A stretch of 63,699 bases of DNA, the filler included, from Olpidium bornovanus S191 (lineage: Eukaryota; Fungi; Olpidiomycota), in the NCBI GenBank assembly GCA_017911155.1. It is 27 parts of 27 records of this genome, joined end to end, with 100 filler letters (N's around TTAATTAATTAA, not from the genome) between each part and the next. Parts side by side here need not be neighbours in the genome. Positions count along the whole stretch, not along the records: positions 22,356 to 24,276 come from JAEFCI010012311.1; positions 24,377 to 25,775 come from JAEFCI010003521.1; positions 25,876 to 28,297 come from JAEFCI010000486.1; positions 28,398 to 32,697 come from JAEFCI010009524.1; positions 32,798 to 34,696 come from JAEFCI010011015.1; positions 34,797 to 38,405 come from JAEFCI010010749.1; 21 more parts are not named here. One strand, written 5' to 3'. The notes beneath the pieces are model-generated. The model saw only the letters and a program-made list of their open reading frames with translations, did no database searches and was not told the origin of the DNA. This document shows, piece after piece, positions 22,745 to 36,141 of the stretch; position 1 is the first letter of the stretch; the number at the start of each line of letters is the position of its first letter. The position numbers and the translations under genes are program-made.

Positions 22745-24384
22745 TACGAGGGCCGCGCGGTGCTTCAGGCAAAGCAGCAGTGAGGGTGGTTGTGGGGTCT
22801 TCATGGTGTTTGCTTTCGGCTTTCTGCGTCTCTCTTTCTATCTGCGGCTGACTTGCCTGTTTGTCTTCTTTATCGTAGCGTATATTTGAGAACACAGTGG
22901 TTTGGTTTGCGTATTGATGCGGCATGGCCTCTCCGTTACAGCGGGCGTCTAGCAATTTTGGGTGTGGTGGTTTCTGCGGCGTAGCCGCAGGGTGCTTAAA
23001 ATAATACGACGGGTGCGCAACATTTTTTTTTTTTTTTTTTTTTTACCGTGTCCGCCGGACCAGGCGCGTCTGCCACGGCCGCCGGCTTCCATCCCGGTCA
23101 CGGAGCCGCGGGCCGGCGGCGCCAACTCCGCCTTTCATGGGGCTGGGAGCCCGGAAGGCCGAACCCCCGGGGGGTTTCCGAACCCCGCGGCACCCCACCC
23201 TCCACACATCCCCCACCCCCACGTCCCACCTCCCCCCCGCGGTAAAACCCCCGGGGAACCGCGCCGACCCCTCGGGAGTCACCCACGGTGGCTTTTTTTA
23301 TTTACTAATCACCCGGCATAACGCCGGCGGGCCGTTCAGTCACTTGGCCGTCTCTGGGATGTGTCAGACGGGATCACGTAACCAGCAAGCCTAAGTCTGC
23401 CGCTTGGTAATCTGTGCTGCTACACTGCTGCTCGTACAACTTGCGCAAAATTCCGATATTACTCACTTCAAGCAAAGGAGTTTCTGGGGCTTTGTGCGGT
23501 CTAATGGTCGGTTTAGCCCTGACCAAGGGTGTGGCGTCTTTTGAAAACACGCGCTCGGGGGGAGGCGCTTGTTGCCTTTGCGGATAAAAACCATCTGGCC
23601 ACCCTTGGCCAGCGTGAGAAACGTGGTTCGGTTTCCAAGATACCGGCACATCCGCGTCCTTTCGCACTGCGCATTTTTTGGACTGCAGGATAGTCCCGCG
23701 AACTCAACGTCGCCCGCCACCTCGTATTGGTCCCTACATCCCGGAAAAACCGCGCAAAACCCCTGGGGGGCGGGATTTATATTGTGCCCCCGGGGCCCGA
23801 TGAGAAGCTCTTCCCGATTTCGAGCCCCGCGTGTTCCACACACACACACACACACACACATCGTTATAGCCCCTTCCTAAAAAAAAAATAACCGCGGAGC
23901 GGACCTCGCAGTGCGGCGGCCCCCGGCCCCTCCCCGGCCCCCCCCCCCCGCCCCGCACGGTGCGCCGGAGACGGACGAGAAAGGCTGCCGGCCGCGGGGT
24001 ATTTTTTTTTTTTTTTTTTTTTGGAATCCGCCCGTGATGACCGCGGGGGCGCGTGAGAACAGCGTCGAAAGTCGCGCGCGCGGACGCTGCTGTGGAGATC
24101 TGGTCGACCGATTTTGCTCTCTTATCGGTATAATTCCCCTTCCGCGGCAGCAGCTGAAAACCGGTAATTTAATTTGGACCGTTTCGTACTTGATTTATGC
24201 AAATCTCGTGGCCGTGCGCCGCCGCCGACTCCTTTTCCCGTCCCCCAAAATTCCCGTCACTTCTGCCCCCCCCCCCNNNNNNNNNNNNNNNNNNNNNNNN
24301 NNNNNNNNNNNNNNNNNNNNTTAATTAATTAANNNNNNNNNNNNNNNNNNNNNNNNNNNNNNNNNNNNNNNNNNNNACCTGCAG

Positions 24385-24570
24385 ACCGAGGAATCGTTTG
24401 GCTCCCTCTTGGAGCTCACTTGGTCTGGCCAGAAGGAGCTCGACGTGAGCGGCAAGAAGCGGAAGTTTATCGACGACGGCGATGAGATCATCATGACCGG
24501 CTATTGCCAGGGCGACGGTTACTGCGTCGGCTTTGGCGAAGCGACCGGCAAGATTCTCCCGGCGAAGTGA
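24385..24570 (+). CDS. FAH: Fumarylacetoacetase, last exon
   Basis: Missed by the ORF track. After a CTGCAG acceptor it reads [61 protein letters not shown], the FAH C-terminal GSLLELTW...FLxDGD...GFG motif. Confidence 0.93.
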   Translation, partial: TEESFGSLLELTWSGQKELDVSGKKRKFIDDGDEIIMTGYCQGDGYCVGFGEATGKILPAK

Positions 24571-24920
24571 AAAAAACAAAAAGAAAGGAAAAGAAAAGAA
24601 AAAAACCTGGAGGAAGGAACAACGGTAAGCGCAGGAACGAACAGTGAGGGGAAGTGACACAAAAATCGGGGTGGGGGGGGGGGCTACGGCCGCTCTCGCG
24701 AATGCGAACAAACCCGCGGTACATAAAAGGACGCTTCAACGGCAGAAACACGAACGCTCCAATGTTTTTCGTAATACTGTGGTGCGTGTTCAATTTGACG
24801 GGTGGCGACGGCGTCGCCGGAATGTGCAAACAACGATGAGTAGGGAATTCCATTTGTTCTCATTCGGCGCGACGCGCCGTGGGGCGTGAGGGGGGAGGGG
24901 GGGGGGGGGGGGGGGGGGGG

Positions 24921-24963
<43 letters not shown>

Positions 24964-25537
24964 GGGCGTCGGCGGGTTGCCGTGACGTCGTCCCCGATTT
25001 CGTCGGCAGAAGCAGCCTGGTGCCCGACACCTCGCGGACGGCCCGCCGGATTTGTGACGCCATTTACTCAAGATCGGTCCAGGAAATCTGCCGCGCACAA
25101 GCACGTTCACCACGTCCCGTCACGTCTCCGTGCCGAAATTCTGAGCTCCGCAGGATTCTCGCCTGTTCTCGCAGAACCCACGGCGTACTGGGGGAGGTGG
25201 CGGGGGGGGGTGGGGTAGGCGAAGGCTAAAACCCCGCCGGCCGAACTTCCGATACAGTGGAGACGGTTTGCGCGCGAAAGCGCAGACCGAGGCGAGAGGT
25301 GGGAAGCAGAGGAGGCCCTTTTTTGGGTTTTGTGTCCACGGAAGGGGGCGCCGCTATGGCTATCCACGGGATGTTTGTATATTTTGGAGGGACAGCGCCA
25401 AGAAAAAAAAAAAAGGGGGGGGGGATTTTTCTCCTTTGCGCGCTGGCGCTGCGCTCCCCCCTTTTCGATCTCGGACCCGGCTGGAGAAGTTGGGGGGGGT
25501 GGGGGGTGGGAGGTTGAACAACCGCCCGTCAAGGAAT

Positions 25538-25614
25538 TTTGCGCAAAATTTTCGGTATGCACGTGAGGACATTTGCGCAAAATTTTCGGTATGCACGTGA
25601 GGAAAAATGCGCAA
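25538..25614 (+). repeat. 34-bp tandem repeat (about 2.3 copies) containing TTTGCGCAAA and CACGTG palindromes
   Basis: TTTGCGCAAAATTTTCGGTATGCACGTGAGGACA at 25538 and 25572, with a partial third copy. Confidence 0.9.
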
Positions 25615-25678
25615 TGGCCGTACGTGTAATTATTTTTTTTTTCTGCTTTTTTTTTTTTACCCCGACGCGGAGGCGGGG

Positions 25679-25715
<37 letters not shown>

Positions 25716-25738
25716 GGGGCGGGGGGGAGGGGGGGGAA

Positions 25739-25775
<37 letters not shown>

Positions 25776-25875
25776 NNNNNNNNNNNNNNNNNNNNNNNNN
25801 NNNNNNNNNNNNNNNNNNNTTAATTAATTAANNNNNNNNNNNNNNNNNNNNNNNNNNNNNNNNNNNNNNNNNNNN

Positions 25876-26440
25876 CATGGTCGTCCGGTTGGTGCAAGAG
25901 ACATATACCCCCAGAAGTGCCGTACGCAGGCTACAAATTATGACGAAGCGCCGGAAGAACCCGTCCAGGAGACTGAGGTAGAGCTGCAGATGGCTTCCGT
26001 AAGAACGGTATCTGAAAAAGCGGCCCCTGAAAATGCAGCTCCTGAAGAAGCAGCTTAGGAAGAGGAATCTCCTAAAAAGGAGTTTATTTGACACCCAGTG
26101 GATGAACTACAGGAAGGCGCAGCGCTCCTGAAACACGTCCTCCTGCAGATGATAGTGTTGACATTCCAACTCACCGCGTTCACACGGGACGAACATGGGA
26201 CCGACGGCGGTTACCGCACTCCTTTGTGCACAATGTGGTTCTTGCGACAACGGCTGATGATGAAGCCCCATGCACTTGAAGAATGCTGATGCCGGCATGA
26301 CTGGCCGGAGTGGGAAGCTGCGGTGAAATCCGAGGTTGATTCCCTGAACAAACGCAAAATTTTTCGGACTTGTTGTCCACATACCTGCCGGTGCGATGCC
26401 TCCACGGTACAAATGGGTTTGCTGTCTGAGAGCGTAAAGC
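25876..26440 (+). mobile_element. Degenerate Ty1/copia remnant (IN-RT linker and RT N-terminus)
   Basis: GRPVGARDIYPQK resembles the copia linker RGRPxGSKDKxPRK. PHALEEC*CRHDWPEWEAAVKSEVDSLNKRKIF...MPPRYKWV matches the copia RT start (W..AI..EL.SL.KR.VF...GYKWVF). Stops and frameshifts are present. Confidence 0.75.
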
Positions 26441-26704
26441 AGAAAGGGCAGGAGATGATTCTCAACCTGACTCCAGTAATTTCTTTACGGGCTTAAGCAG
26501 TCCGGCAGCATGTGGCGTCAGAGACTGAGTGCGTATCTCAATTGGCAAAATGCATTCCAATCGGCTCCCTGCGGTTGCATCAAGCACCGTCCGCTTCCCC
26601 CCCCCCCTTTCTTCTCGTGCCCTTTCCGCCTGCGAAAACGCGCGCGCAGCCGCTCCCGCCCGCCCGTCGCACACGCACCGCCGACTCTTCTGCCGGATGG
26701 GGAA

Positions 26705-28297
26705 ATGCAGGAACTGAAGCCGAACCAGGACCAGACCCACCAGAATCACCAGAACCACCAGCTGAACCCCGCCGCGGACGTTCCGGACGCGGTTTTCATG
26801 CCCGCTTTGCCGCCTTTTTCCGCGCCGGCTGCGGGAGCCGGCGGCCCTTTGCCGGAGAGCATGTGTCTGCCGGCGATACCGGCCGTCCCGGCGGCAGAAG
26901 GAAACGGCGCCGGCGCCGCAGAGGAGGCAGACAATAAACCGCAGGCGAACGGCGAGAGCCGTTCCCCGCCGGCAAGGCCGGGAAGCTCTGCCGAGCCGGC
27001 GGCTGCTGTCTTGCGCGGCGTATCCGCTCCGCGTTTTGCTCCGCAGAGGCTGGCCCTGACGACGTACGAGGGGGGAGGGGCGGGTGACGCAGGGGCCGGC
27101 GTGGCGGCGGAAGGCGAAAACGCGGAAGCTCTGCCGGTCGACGGCGGGGTGAGCGTTGCCGGCCTGGGCGCCCAGGACTTTGTTTCCCTGGCGAACCTCC
27201 CCTTGTTCCAGCAGAAGTTCCCGCCTGCAATTACGTACCCTCAGACGACGCCGGCGCCGTCGGACGTACCACCGTTGGCACCGGGCACGGCCGCGGAACC
27301 CTTCGGCGACCTCCACGCCCTGCAGCCTGCTTCCTCGACGACGGAACTGTCTCCGGAACCGTTGAGCCCCGATGAGATCCTGTATCTCCTCAATTACGAT
27401 CAACAGCTGTTGTTTCAGTCCCCGCTACCGGACGTCCAGGGAACCTCCCAGCCAATTTCGTTCCCCGAAGCCGCCCTGGTCAACTCTGTTTCAGGAGCAG
27501 CCCCTACCGCTGATCGACATGCCAAGTCGCTGCGCGCTTCTTCGGCGCGATCCGTTACAAGGAACGTTCCCCAGTTTCTGAACAAGCTGTACAAGTGAGT
27601 TGTTGTGGTGCGCCTTTACGTTTCGGACGTTTCAACCCCGTCCTGAACGTTGTCCGCCCCTACGTTTGGTTTTTTTGATCCCCTGTATTTTTTCCACCGG
27701 CAACTCTCGTTCTATTCCCATAGCATGGTCAACGACCCGTCGTCGAACAATCTGATCAGGTGGTCGGAGGAGGGTGATACTTTTATCGGTACGCTCCACC
27801 GGCGGCATATTGTTTCGTTTCTGACCACGTTTTCTCGCCCCCAAGGACGACGCTGATATTTGCACGCGGATTGGACGCTGCTCGTACTAGTGCGACGACA
27901 AGAGGAATTCGCGAAAGAGGTTCTTCCCCGATTCTTTAAGCACAACAATTTTGCAAGTTTTGTCCGACAATTGAACATGTATGGTTTCCACAAGGTGCCG
28001 CACATACAGCAAGGAGTGCTGCACTCTGACACCGAAGAGCATTGGGAGTTTAGCAACCCCAATTTTCTGCGGAGCCAGCCGGACCTCTTGTACCTTGTGA
28101 CGCGGAAAAGGGGGAGGGCAGACGACGAGAAGGCCGGTACCGACGTTGGCATGGGGCTGTCATCCTCTGGCGCGGACATGGCCGTAATATTCAGCGATAT
28201 TGCTGCGATCAAGAAACACCAGATGGCGATCAGCTCGGATCTCAAAGCGCTGCAGCGCGAAAATCAAATGCTGTGGCAAGAAACTCTGGCGGCGCGA
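26705..28297 (+). CDS. HSF1: Heat shock transcription factor, 3' truncated
   Basis: Exons ending at 27594, 27724-27788 and 27891-28297 give [73 protein letters not shown]...WEFSNPNF (HSF DNA-binding domain), then the HR-A/B heptad IAAIKKHQMAISSDLKALQRENQMLWQE. The start codon is uncertain. Confidence 0.95.
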
Positions 28298-29212
28298 NNN
28301 NNNNNNNNNNNNNNNNNNNNNNNNNNNNNNNNNNNNNNNNNTTAATTAATTAANNNNNNNNNNNNNNNNNNNNNNNNNNNNNNNNNNNNNNNNNNNNGAC
28401 AGTACGGGTCTGCGATGCGGCAAATGATGTATATAGTCCGAGTGGTGTAGGCACACTTTTGATAAGAACTCCAGCAAACTACGGATGGGTGGATTTTGCG
28501 AACACTTACCTAACATGTAAAGTCGCATCAACCGGAAACTTGCGTGGTAAATCGATTCACAGTCTCATCAAAAGGCTGAATATTACGACAAGTAATGGCT
28601 GTTTAATCTGTGGCACAATGTCGTACAACGTTCTTGAATCCATGTGTAACGAGTGAAGTAAATCTGCGCGCAGCGCGTTCTAGAGATTAATTAGATTCAC
28701 AAGCTCTAACTCGGGGTTCTGGAAGGTTCAGAGTCTGGATTCCGGGCGCTTAATTGCAAGGTAAGCTATGGACACGATTTATATGCATGGGAGCGATGGC
28801 GCGCGGCGGTGTGTTCTACGCTGGCTGCGTACCGCGCGCGCAATTTCCAGTATTGCGGAAGCGGTACTGGCTCGGAAATATTCCGAAGGGGGGGTAGCGC
28901 GTATCCAGTATTATGACCAGACCGGACCTCGCGTTCACAGTATCCTTTCTCGCGCGATTCTGCGTGAAACCGTCAACGCGACTCTAAGTATCCGTCAAAC
29001 GCGTCCGTCGTTATCTACTAGGATTGGCACACGTCAGAATCAGATACGCCGGTCACAAGTATGAAACAGGCATCGCCATTTTTACGAACTGACTGGCTGG
29101 CTGTCGGGAAACCCGAGCGTCGACGACGGGATGGGTGGCAATGCAGCAAGGAGGATCATTCTCATGGTGATTGACTCGTCAAAAATGCGTTGCCACGTCG
29201 GCATGTGAAGCT

Positions 29213-29960
29213 GAGTTTGTCACCGGAATTTCTGCAGGAGGCGAGATTTGTCCTGTCCAAGGTGTCCCAATCTGGCATGCGATTTTTCCAAGTCGTTTTG
29301 AACAATAGCCATGAAAGCACTGTCCTGCGCTTCTCTGCCGTTATTATTGCTGGCATCTGTCGTTGTTCCTCCCAAATCCTTAGCTCCAAATGCCGACGTG
29401 CGGAACAGCAGCAAGAGTAGAGTTTGTCACCGAAATTTTTGCAGGAGACGAAGTTGTCCTGTCCAAGGTGTCCAAATCTGGCGTGCGATTTCTCCAAGTC
29501 GTTTTGAACAATAGCCATGAAATCACTGTCCTGCGCTTCTGCTCCTGTCCAAGGTGTCCAAATCTGGCGTGCAATTTCTCCAAGTCGTTTTGAACAATAG
29601 CCATGAAAGCACTGTCCTGCGCTTCTGCCGTTATTATTGCTGGCATCTGTAGCTGTTCCTCCCAAGTCCTTTACTTTTGCTGCTGTTCCGTCTAGGTAGA
29701 AGAGTCTGCCCTTGTCGTCCCTCTTGGCGTCCCCTCGAGCAAACATCATCTTTGTCAAGAACACCATCAACGCTACGTCATGCTTCCAAGTCCCCATTTG
29801 CAAGTGCGTCCTCATTCAGCATTGCGGATAACTCCGATGAACTATACACGCCTGGCCGTGCTTTATGTCCAATTAATCGAGCCTTCACTCGATGTGTTGT
29901 ACTTTTGATTTTCTTTGTAATGCAATTTTGCGTGCGGAGATTAGCGGTCCCAATCCCCTG
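29213..29960 (-). mobile_element. Degenerate copia-like fragments with internally amplified pre-integrase motif
   Basis: Three copies of an approximately 84-bp core (about 29251, 29457, 29543) read NDLEK(S/L)HARxGHLGQ, resembling the WHxRLGH motif. Near 29900, HRVKARLIGHKARPGV resembles RT RYKARLVA...RPGVD. Confidence 0.55.
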
Positions 29961-30122
29961 CCTTTGCGGTTCGCAAACATAGCTGGCAGCGGGGCAGTGT
30001 CTTGAGTGAGGCAAAGAGTTGGAGCGACGCAAGCCACACGTGCGCTTGGCTGCATCCAACTAGACAAAAAAAAAAACGGCCAGCTCACAGGGAATACAAT
30101 GCCTTCGGACACTGCATCTCGT

Positions 30123-30227
30123 CCCCACAAAGCCTCGCCCAGCCAAGGTGTGTGTATCTCAAGATCGTTGACACTATATCTCGCCCCCACAGAGCCTCGC
30201 CCAGCCAAGGCGTGTGTATATCAAGAT
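30123..30227 (+). repeat. 43-bp direct repeat at 62-bp spacing
   Basis: CCCCACA(A/G)AGCCTCGCCCAGCCAAGG(T/C)GTGTGTAT(C/A)TCAAGAT at 30123 and 30185. Confidence 0.85.
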
Positions 30228-30427
30228 AACGGCGCAAGGCGCATGTGTTGCTTAATGAAACAGGCAAGGTGGCGGACACAGATTTCATTTGAGCTTTCTC
30301 CGCCGTTCTTGCCGCTTGCGGGTTGGTAACTGGGGGAAAACTGGTCGCGCTATATATACTTGCTAGCGCATCCGGTAAAGTCCTGGACCGGCAGCCCCTA
30401 ATCGGCGATGTGTGCACTCCGCTTTGA

Positions 30428-30808
30428 TCAGAGAATGCACTGGCTATCATAGATATAAGGGTTAAACTCGCCGACGAAATAGTCGCCGGCGGGCCCAACC
30501 GGCGGGCCAACCGAGGAGAAATTTTGTGACTGGCAGAGTATCTTGGCTGCGGCAAGACCGCAGGCGTCCGCAGTGATTTCGTTCCGTTCTTCAACTCGGA
30601 GTCGGACATTGGGAAAATTCGGAAACCTCGGACGTTCGTAGACAATGATGCGCTCCTCATTGCAATCCCCGGCGATAGCACTAAAGACCTCATTCGGATT
30701 AAAGCTTTCGTTGCAGGGGCAGCACTGCGCAGAGGTAACCTGAAGGGCAGAGAGGGCGGCCAGGGACGCGGCGACCAGCGCGGCGCAGAAGCTCAATTTG
30801 CGAGACAT
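30428..30808 (-). CDS. Small secreted cysteine-rich protein (126 aa), single exon, unknown family
   Basis: MSRKLSFCAALVAASLAALSALQVTSA/QCCPCNESFNPNE... has a basic N-region, a hydrophobic h-region and a T-S-A cleavage motif. The mature part has 7 Cys and sequons NES and NFS. The ORF is uninterrupted and not low-complexity. Confidence 0.72.
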   Translation of the reverse strand: MSRKLSFCAALVAASLAALSALQVTSAQCCPCNESFNPNEVFSAIAGDCNEERIIVYERPRFPNFPNVRLRVEERNEITADACGLAAAKILCQSQNFSSVGPPVGPAGDYFVGEFNPYIYDSQCIL

Positions 30809-31987
30809 CGTAAAGGATGTGAAGTGCGAAATGTTCGATGCAAAAAAGAAGATTTTTGCTGGTGAGGGGCCTGCAAGATAAACGCGGGCAGGTTCGAAAG
30901 CGAGGTAACGGAGCAAGCACGACAAGGGCAACGCCCCGCCACCACGCGCCCCGATTCCGCTCACGTGTTGTTCGGAAATCTTGTTGGGCCACGTGCCCCT
31001 CCCGACCTCCGCCCGCGTGCTGGCCGGAAACTGTTTCCGCCATGCCCCGAGGCCGTGCGGTCGCGCTATATAAAAACGTACTGTTTCTGGCGAGTTGCGA
31101 ATTCTCCGAAACTCGTTGCGGCCGAGACAGTGTCGGGGGGTTTTTTTTTCCGAAAGCGCGGCTTTACCTCAAAATGAGGATGTAGCCTCGTTTCGGTGGT
31201 TTCCCATGCGGCTGTACCGCCGTCACGGCTGATGTCACTAAATTCCGGTCGTCGCGTGTCCATAATCCTGACCTTCCATTTCGGCCAGTACTACGTCTGT
31301 GAACTCCATAAATCACACTTCTGGGTTGAACCATTGCACCCCGCATGCTTGGGGCTTGCGTGCGTGGGCGGACTCCCGCATCATTGATTGATCGAGCTAG
31401 TCGAAAACATGCTGCCGGGGCGCAAGGCGGGCAGCGGGGCACGGGTTGTCCTCTCCGCATCGCCTTCTTCTTTTCCACCCAAGACCAAAACCAAACACAA
31501 ACTCCGAAAAAAGCGGACCGTTTATGCGCGAGGGGGCGAAAACGCCGCCCTTTTTTTCCCGCCGCGCGCTTTTGCGTTTTGTCGGTAGCCGAGGCCTGTG
31601 CCCGGCCCCCACAGGGGTGGTAACGGCGGGCCGGGGAACTGCGAGGCGTCGGAACAAACCAAAAGGTACTTCGCTCTCAAGGCCCACAAGCGCCTGGCTG
31701 CGGTGGGAAGGGGGGGCTTGACCGCGTGTTGAACACGTGAATCAAAGCGCCGCCGCCGCCAAGTGACTCTATGAGTGGGACTTTTTGGAGGGGGAATAAA
31801 AAAAGGCCGTCGTCCGGGGTGCGCTCTTTATCCCTCCCCCCCCACTCATTTCCCCGCCGGTTTGATTTTTGTTTTGAATTTTTTTGTTGGTGTGTTTTTA
31901 ATCTGCCCACCCGGACAGTAGGCCGGCGAGAGGGGGCGGGGCGGCGGCTTGGGGGGGGGGGGGGGGGGGGGGGGGGAGGAGGGGGGG

Positions 31988-32037
<50 letters not shown>

Positions 32038-32201
32038 CGAAGAAAAGAGAGCCGCCGGAACTTCCGGTCACGTGTCACCCACCCCCTCCCCAGCGCCGCC
32101 CCTTCTTTCCCAATACGAGATTTCTCCCGAAAGTGGAAAACCTGCCCCCCAGGCATCGCCGCCGCCCACCTCCGCGCCCCACTTGATAAGGCTGGAAGGT
32201 C

Positions 32202-32310
32202 ATGGTTGACAAACGGCACCCCCGGATGGCCGTGCTCCTCCAAAAGGCACTGTATGGGCTCCACCAGAGCGCCTGCTGCTGGGACGAAAGCTCCGACACC
32301 TGGGTTTGTT
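32202..32310 (+). mobile_element. Small Ty1/copia RT remnant
   Basis: MVDKRHPRMAVLLQKALYGLHQSACCW matches the copia RT motif LxKALYGLKQSxRxW. Confidence 0.6.
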
Positions 32311-32620
32311 TGCATTAATGAATTAGGTTTGAACCATACCAACCACTAGAGCCCTCTCTACATTCTCCGCAAGTCGGCCGCCCGCTTTCTCCTTCGAAGG
32401 GCATCTCCTCCCTCCAAACCGCTCGGGACCTCCGTTGGCCAAAAGTATACTTGCTAATTTATTTTTTTTCTTTAAATGGACACTGTTTCGCCACACCGGG
32501 GGGCGGTGTGGACACTAAGCTCCGAAGTGCAGGACATCGTCCCTTGGAATCGGGTCAAGTTTACAGACTGGTCGGTCGTACTTTGCCCTGACATTCGTTT
32601 CAGAACCCGTGGGGTTTCTT

Positions 32621-32659
<39 letters not shown>

Positions 32660-32871
32660 CGGGGGCGGGGGGGGGGGGGGGGGGGGGGGTTGGGGTCNNN
32701 NNNNNNNNNNNNNNNNNNNNNNNNNNNNNNNNNNNNNNNNNTTAATTAATTAANNNNNNNNNNNNNNNNNNNNNNNNNNNNNNNNNNNNNNNNNNNNAAA
32801 AAAAAAAAAAAAAAGACTGCCCGAAACGCCGGTACGCGAACGAAGGAACGCCGGGGAACCCCGGGCCGCAA

Positions 32872-34236
32872 ATGTCAGGCGCCGCTTTTGACGGCGGCGA
32901 GGCCTCCGCCGGGCACGCGCCCGCCGCGTCGGCGGGCCGCGTTTGGTCGAGCTCCGATCACCGCCAGGATCCGGGGCCGCGAGAAGCAGTCTGGAGCGGG
33001 AGGAGCTCGCCCGTCCGGCAGCGGCTCAGTTCCGCGCCTCTGGTGTCCTCGCCGCTCGCGCAGGACCCCGGCCGGCCGGCGCCGGGCTCGCCGTCGGGGC
33101 CCTCGACGACGCCGCCGTTCCCCCCCGTCGACCGGCCCGCGCGGACCGACGGCGCCGCCTGCTTCCCCGCCGTTCCGGGCGGTGCCGGCGGTGCCGGCGG
33201 CGGCTCGCCGTTCGACGCCCCGGACCGCCCCGGCGGCTCGTTCCGGCTTTTCCAGAACTCGGGCGGCTTTGGCGACGCCGCCAGGCGGGCGGCGACGAGC
33301 AACGCGCGGCAGAACCACCGGGCGGCGCCCGGCTACCCGCCGGACGCGTGGAAGGACAGGTTCAAGAGGCGGTGCGCGGAGAGGCTGAAGGAGGCGCGGC
33401 AGGCCAAGTTCGACGGCGGGAGGGCCGCGCTCGACCTGCCCGCGCCTCTGGCCGCGGCGAAGGGGAAGCTGGCGGGGGACAGGCGCCCGGCGCGGCGGAG
33501 GCTCAACTCGGGAGGAGGGTCCCCGGGAGATATCGTGAGTCGCCCGCGGCTCGGCTGCTGAATGACACAACCTCCAAGCCGTCCGAGGGACCCTGAACGT
33601 GTCCCCCGCTCGGCCCCCTGCTGTAAAAAAAAAAAACCATCCCGCACACCGCCGGAAAGGGGGAAGAGAAGCTGGGGCGCCTCGAATGGCAGAAGTTCTG
33701 CGCGGAAAACGAGATGTCGTGCGTCCGAGAGTGCGGGAACGTACTGACTCCCGAAATGGCGTCGGAGCTGGAGGAAGAACTGCTGTACGAGATGCGGCAG
33801 GGGGGGGGCGTCAGCCGTTTTTTTTTTTATCATTTCAACCCACCTCCTCTTTGTCTGTCGCTTCCAACGCGCCGTCTGCTGAACCGAATTCCCCGGAACG
33901 CGTTTCCAGCGCGCTCGGCAGCAACAAGTCAGGCCTGCAGCAGCATAGACGACGAGTACGACCGGTACCTCGCCGAAGAGGAGGACGCGGTTATGGCGGC
34001 GATCTCGACGAGAGCGGACGAGCTGGCCGCGTGCGTCGCCGCCGCGGAAGAATTTGTGCTTGCCGTCCCGTGCTTCGGGTGCGGGGCGGCGGCGGGCTCG
34101 TGGTCGCCGATCGCGGGGGCCGATGCCGCGTTCTCCCTGCCCGAGAGAGACGGCCTGACCGGGTGCCGCTCGTGCGACGCGCGCCTCGACAGGGGCGGCT
34201 GCCACCGGCTGGGCAGCTTGCTGATCGCGCACAGGT
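32872..34236 (+). CDS. RPA-interacting protein (RPAIN/RIP)-like, multi-exon, boundaries partly uncertain
   Basis: AWKDRFKRRCAERLKEARQAKF matches the recalled RPAIN N-terminal motif WKExFRxRCLERMRxSR. An acidic middle (ELEEELLYEM...EYDRYLAEEE) is followed by C-terminal Zn-finger pairs CFGC and CRSC. Confidence 0.62.
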
Positions 34237-34796
34237 GGGTAGGGCTGTCGGGAAATCCTTGCTTGGGGGAGGGGGGGGGAGAGAGGGGGGGCTCGGGTTT
34301 GCCCTTTTTCCCGCCGTTAAAGTAAAGCGTGGCGGGGTACTATTGAACGCGGCACCCGCCCTGCATCGTTTAGAACCGCGTGCCCCGGCTTTCCGTCCCT
34401 CTTTTATCACCCGGCGACGGGCCTGCTGCTGATGTGCTCGTCGTGCGAAGCGAGCGAGGCCGTCGCATAAACCCGGCCCCCCCCCTCCACCCCCACGAGT
34501 TTCCCTCCGTAGAGTTTCGACCGCCCTTTTTTTTGCCGTTGTTCACGCGTCACTGTAAAATCGCCTCTGCTTGTGAGGGCCCCCCTCTCTTCCTCTCTCG
34601 TCCCATCCCGTACCATACATTTTCGGCATCGCAAGACGCGTTACGGCGGTCTTCTCCGCCCCACGGGCGCGCAAACGCGTTGGTCAGGATCATGCCNNNN
34701 NNNNNNNNNNNNNNNNNNNNNNNNNNNNNNNNNNNNNNNNTTAATTAATTAANNNNNNNNNNNNNNNNNNNNNNNNNNNNNNNNNNNNNNNNNNNN

Positions 34797-36141
<1,345 letters not shown>

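Noticed and set aside
28645-29057. LTR-like segment TGTAAC...GTCACA
   Set aside because: No target-site duplication, convincing PBS or PPT, or second copy in the window.
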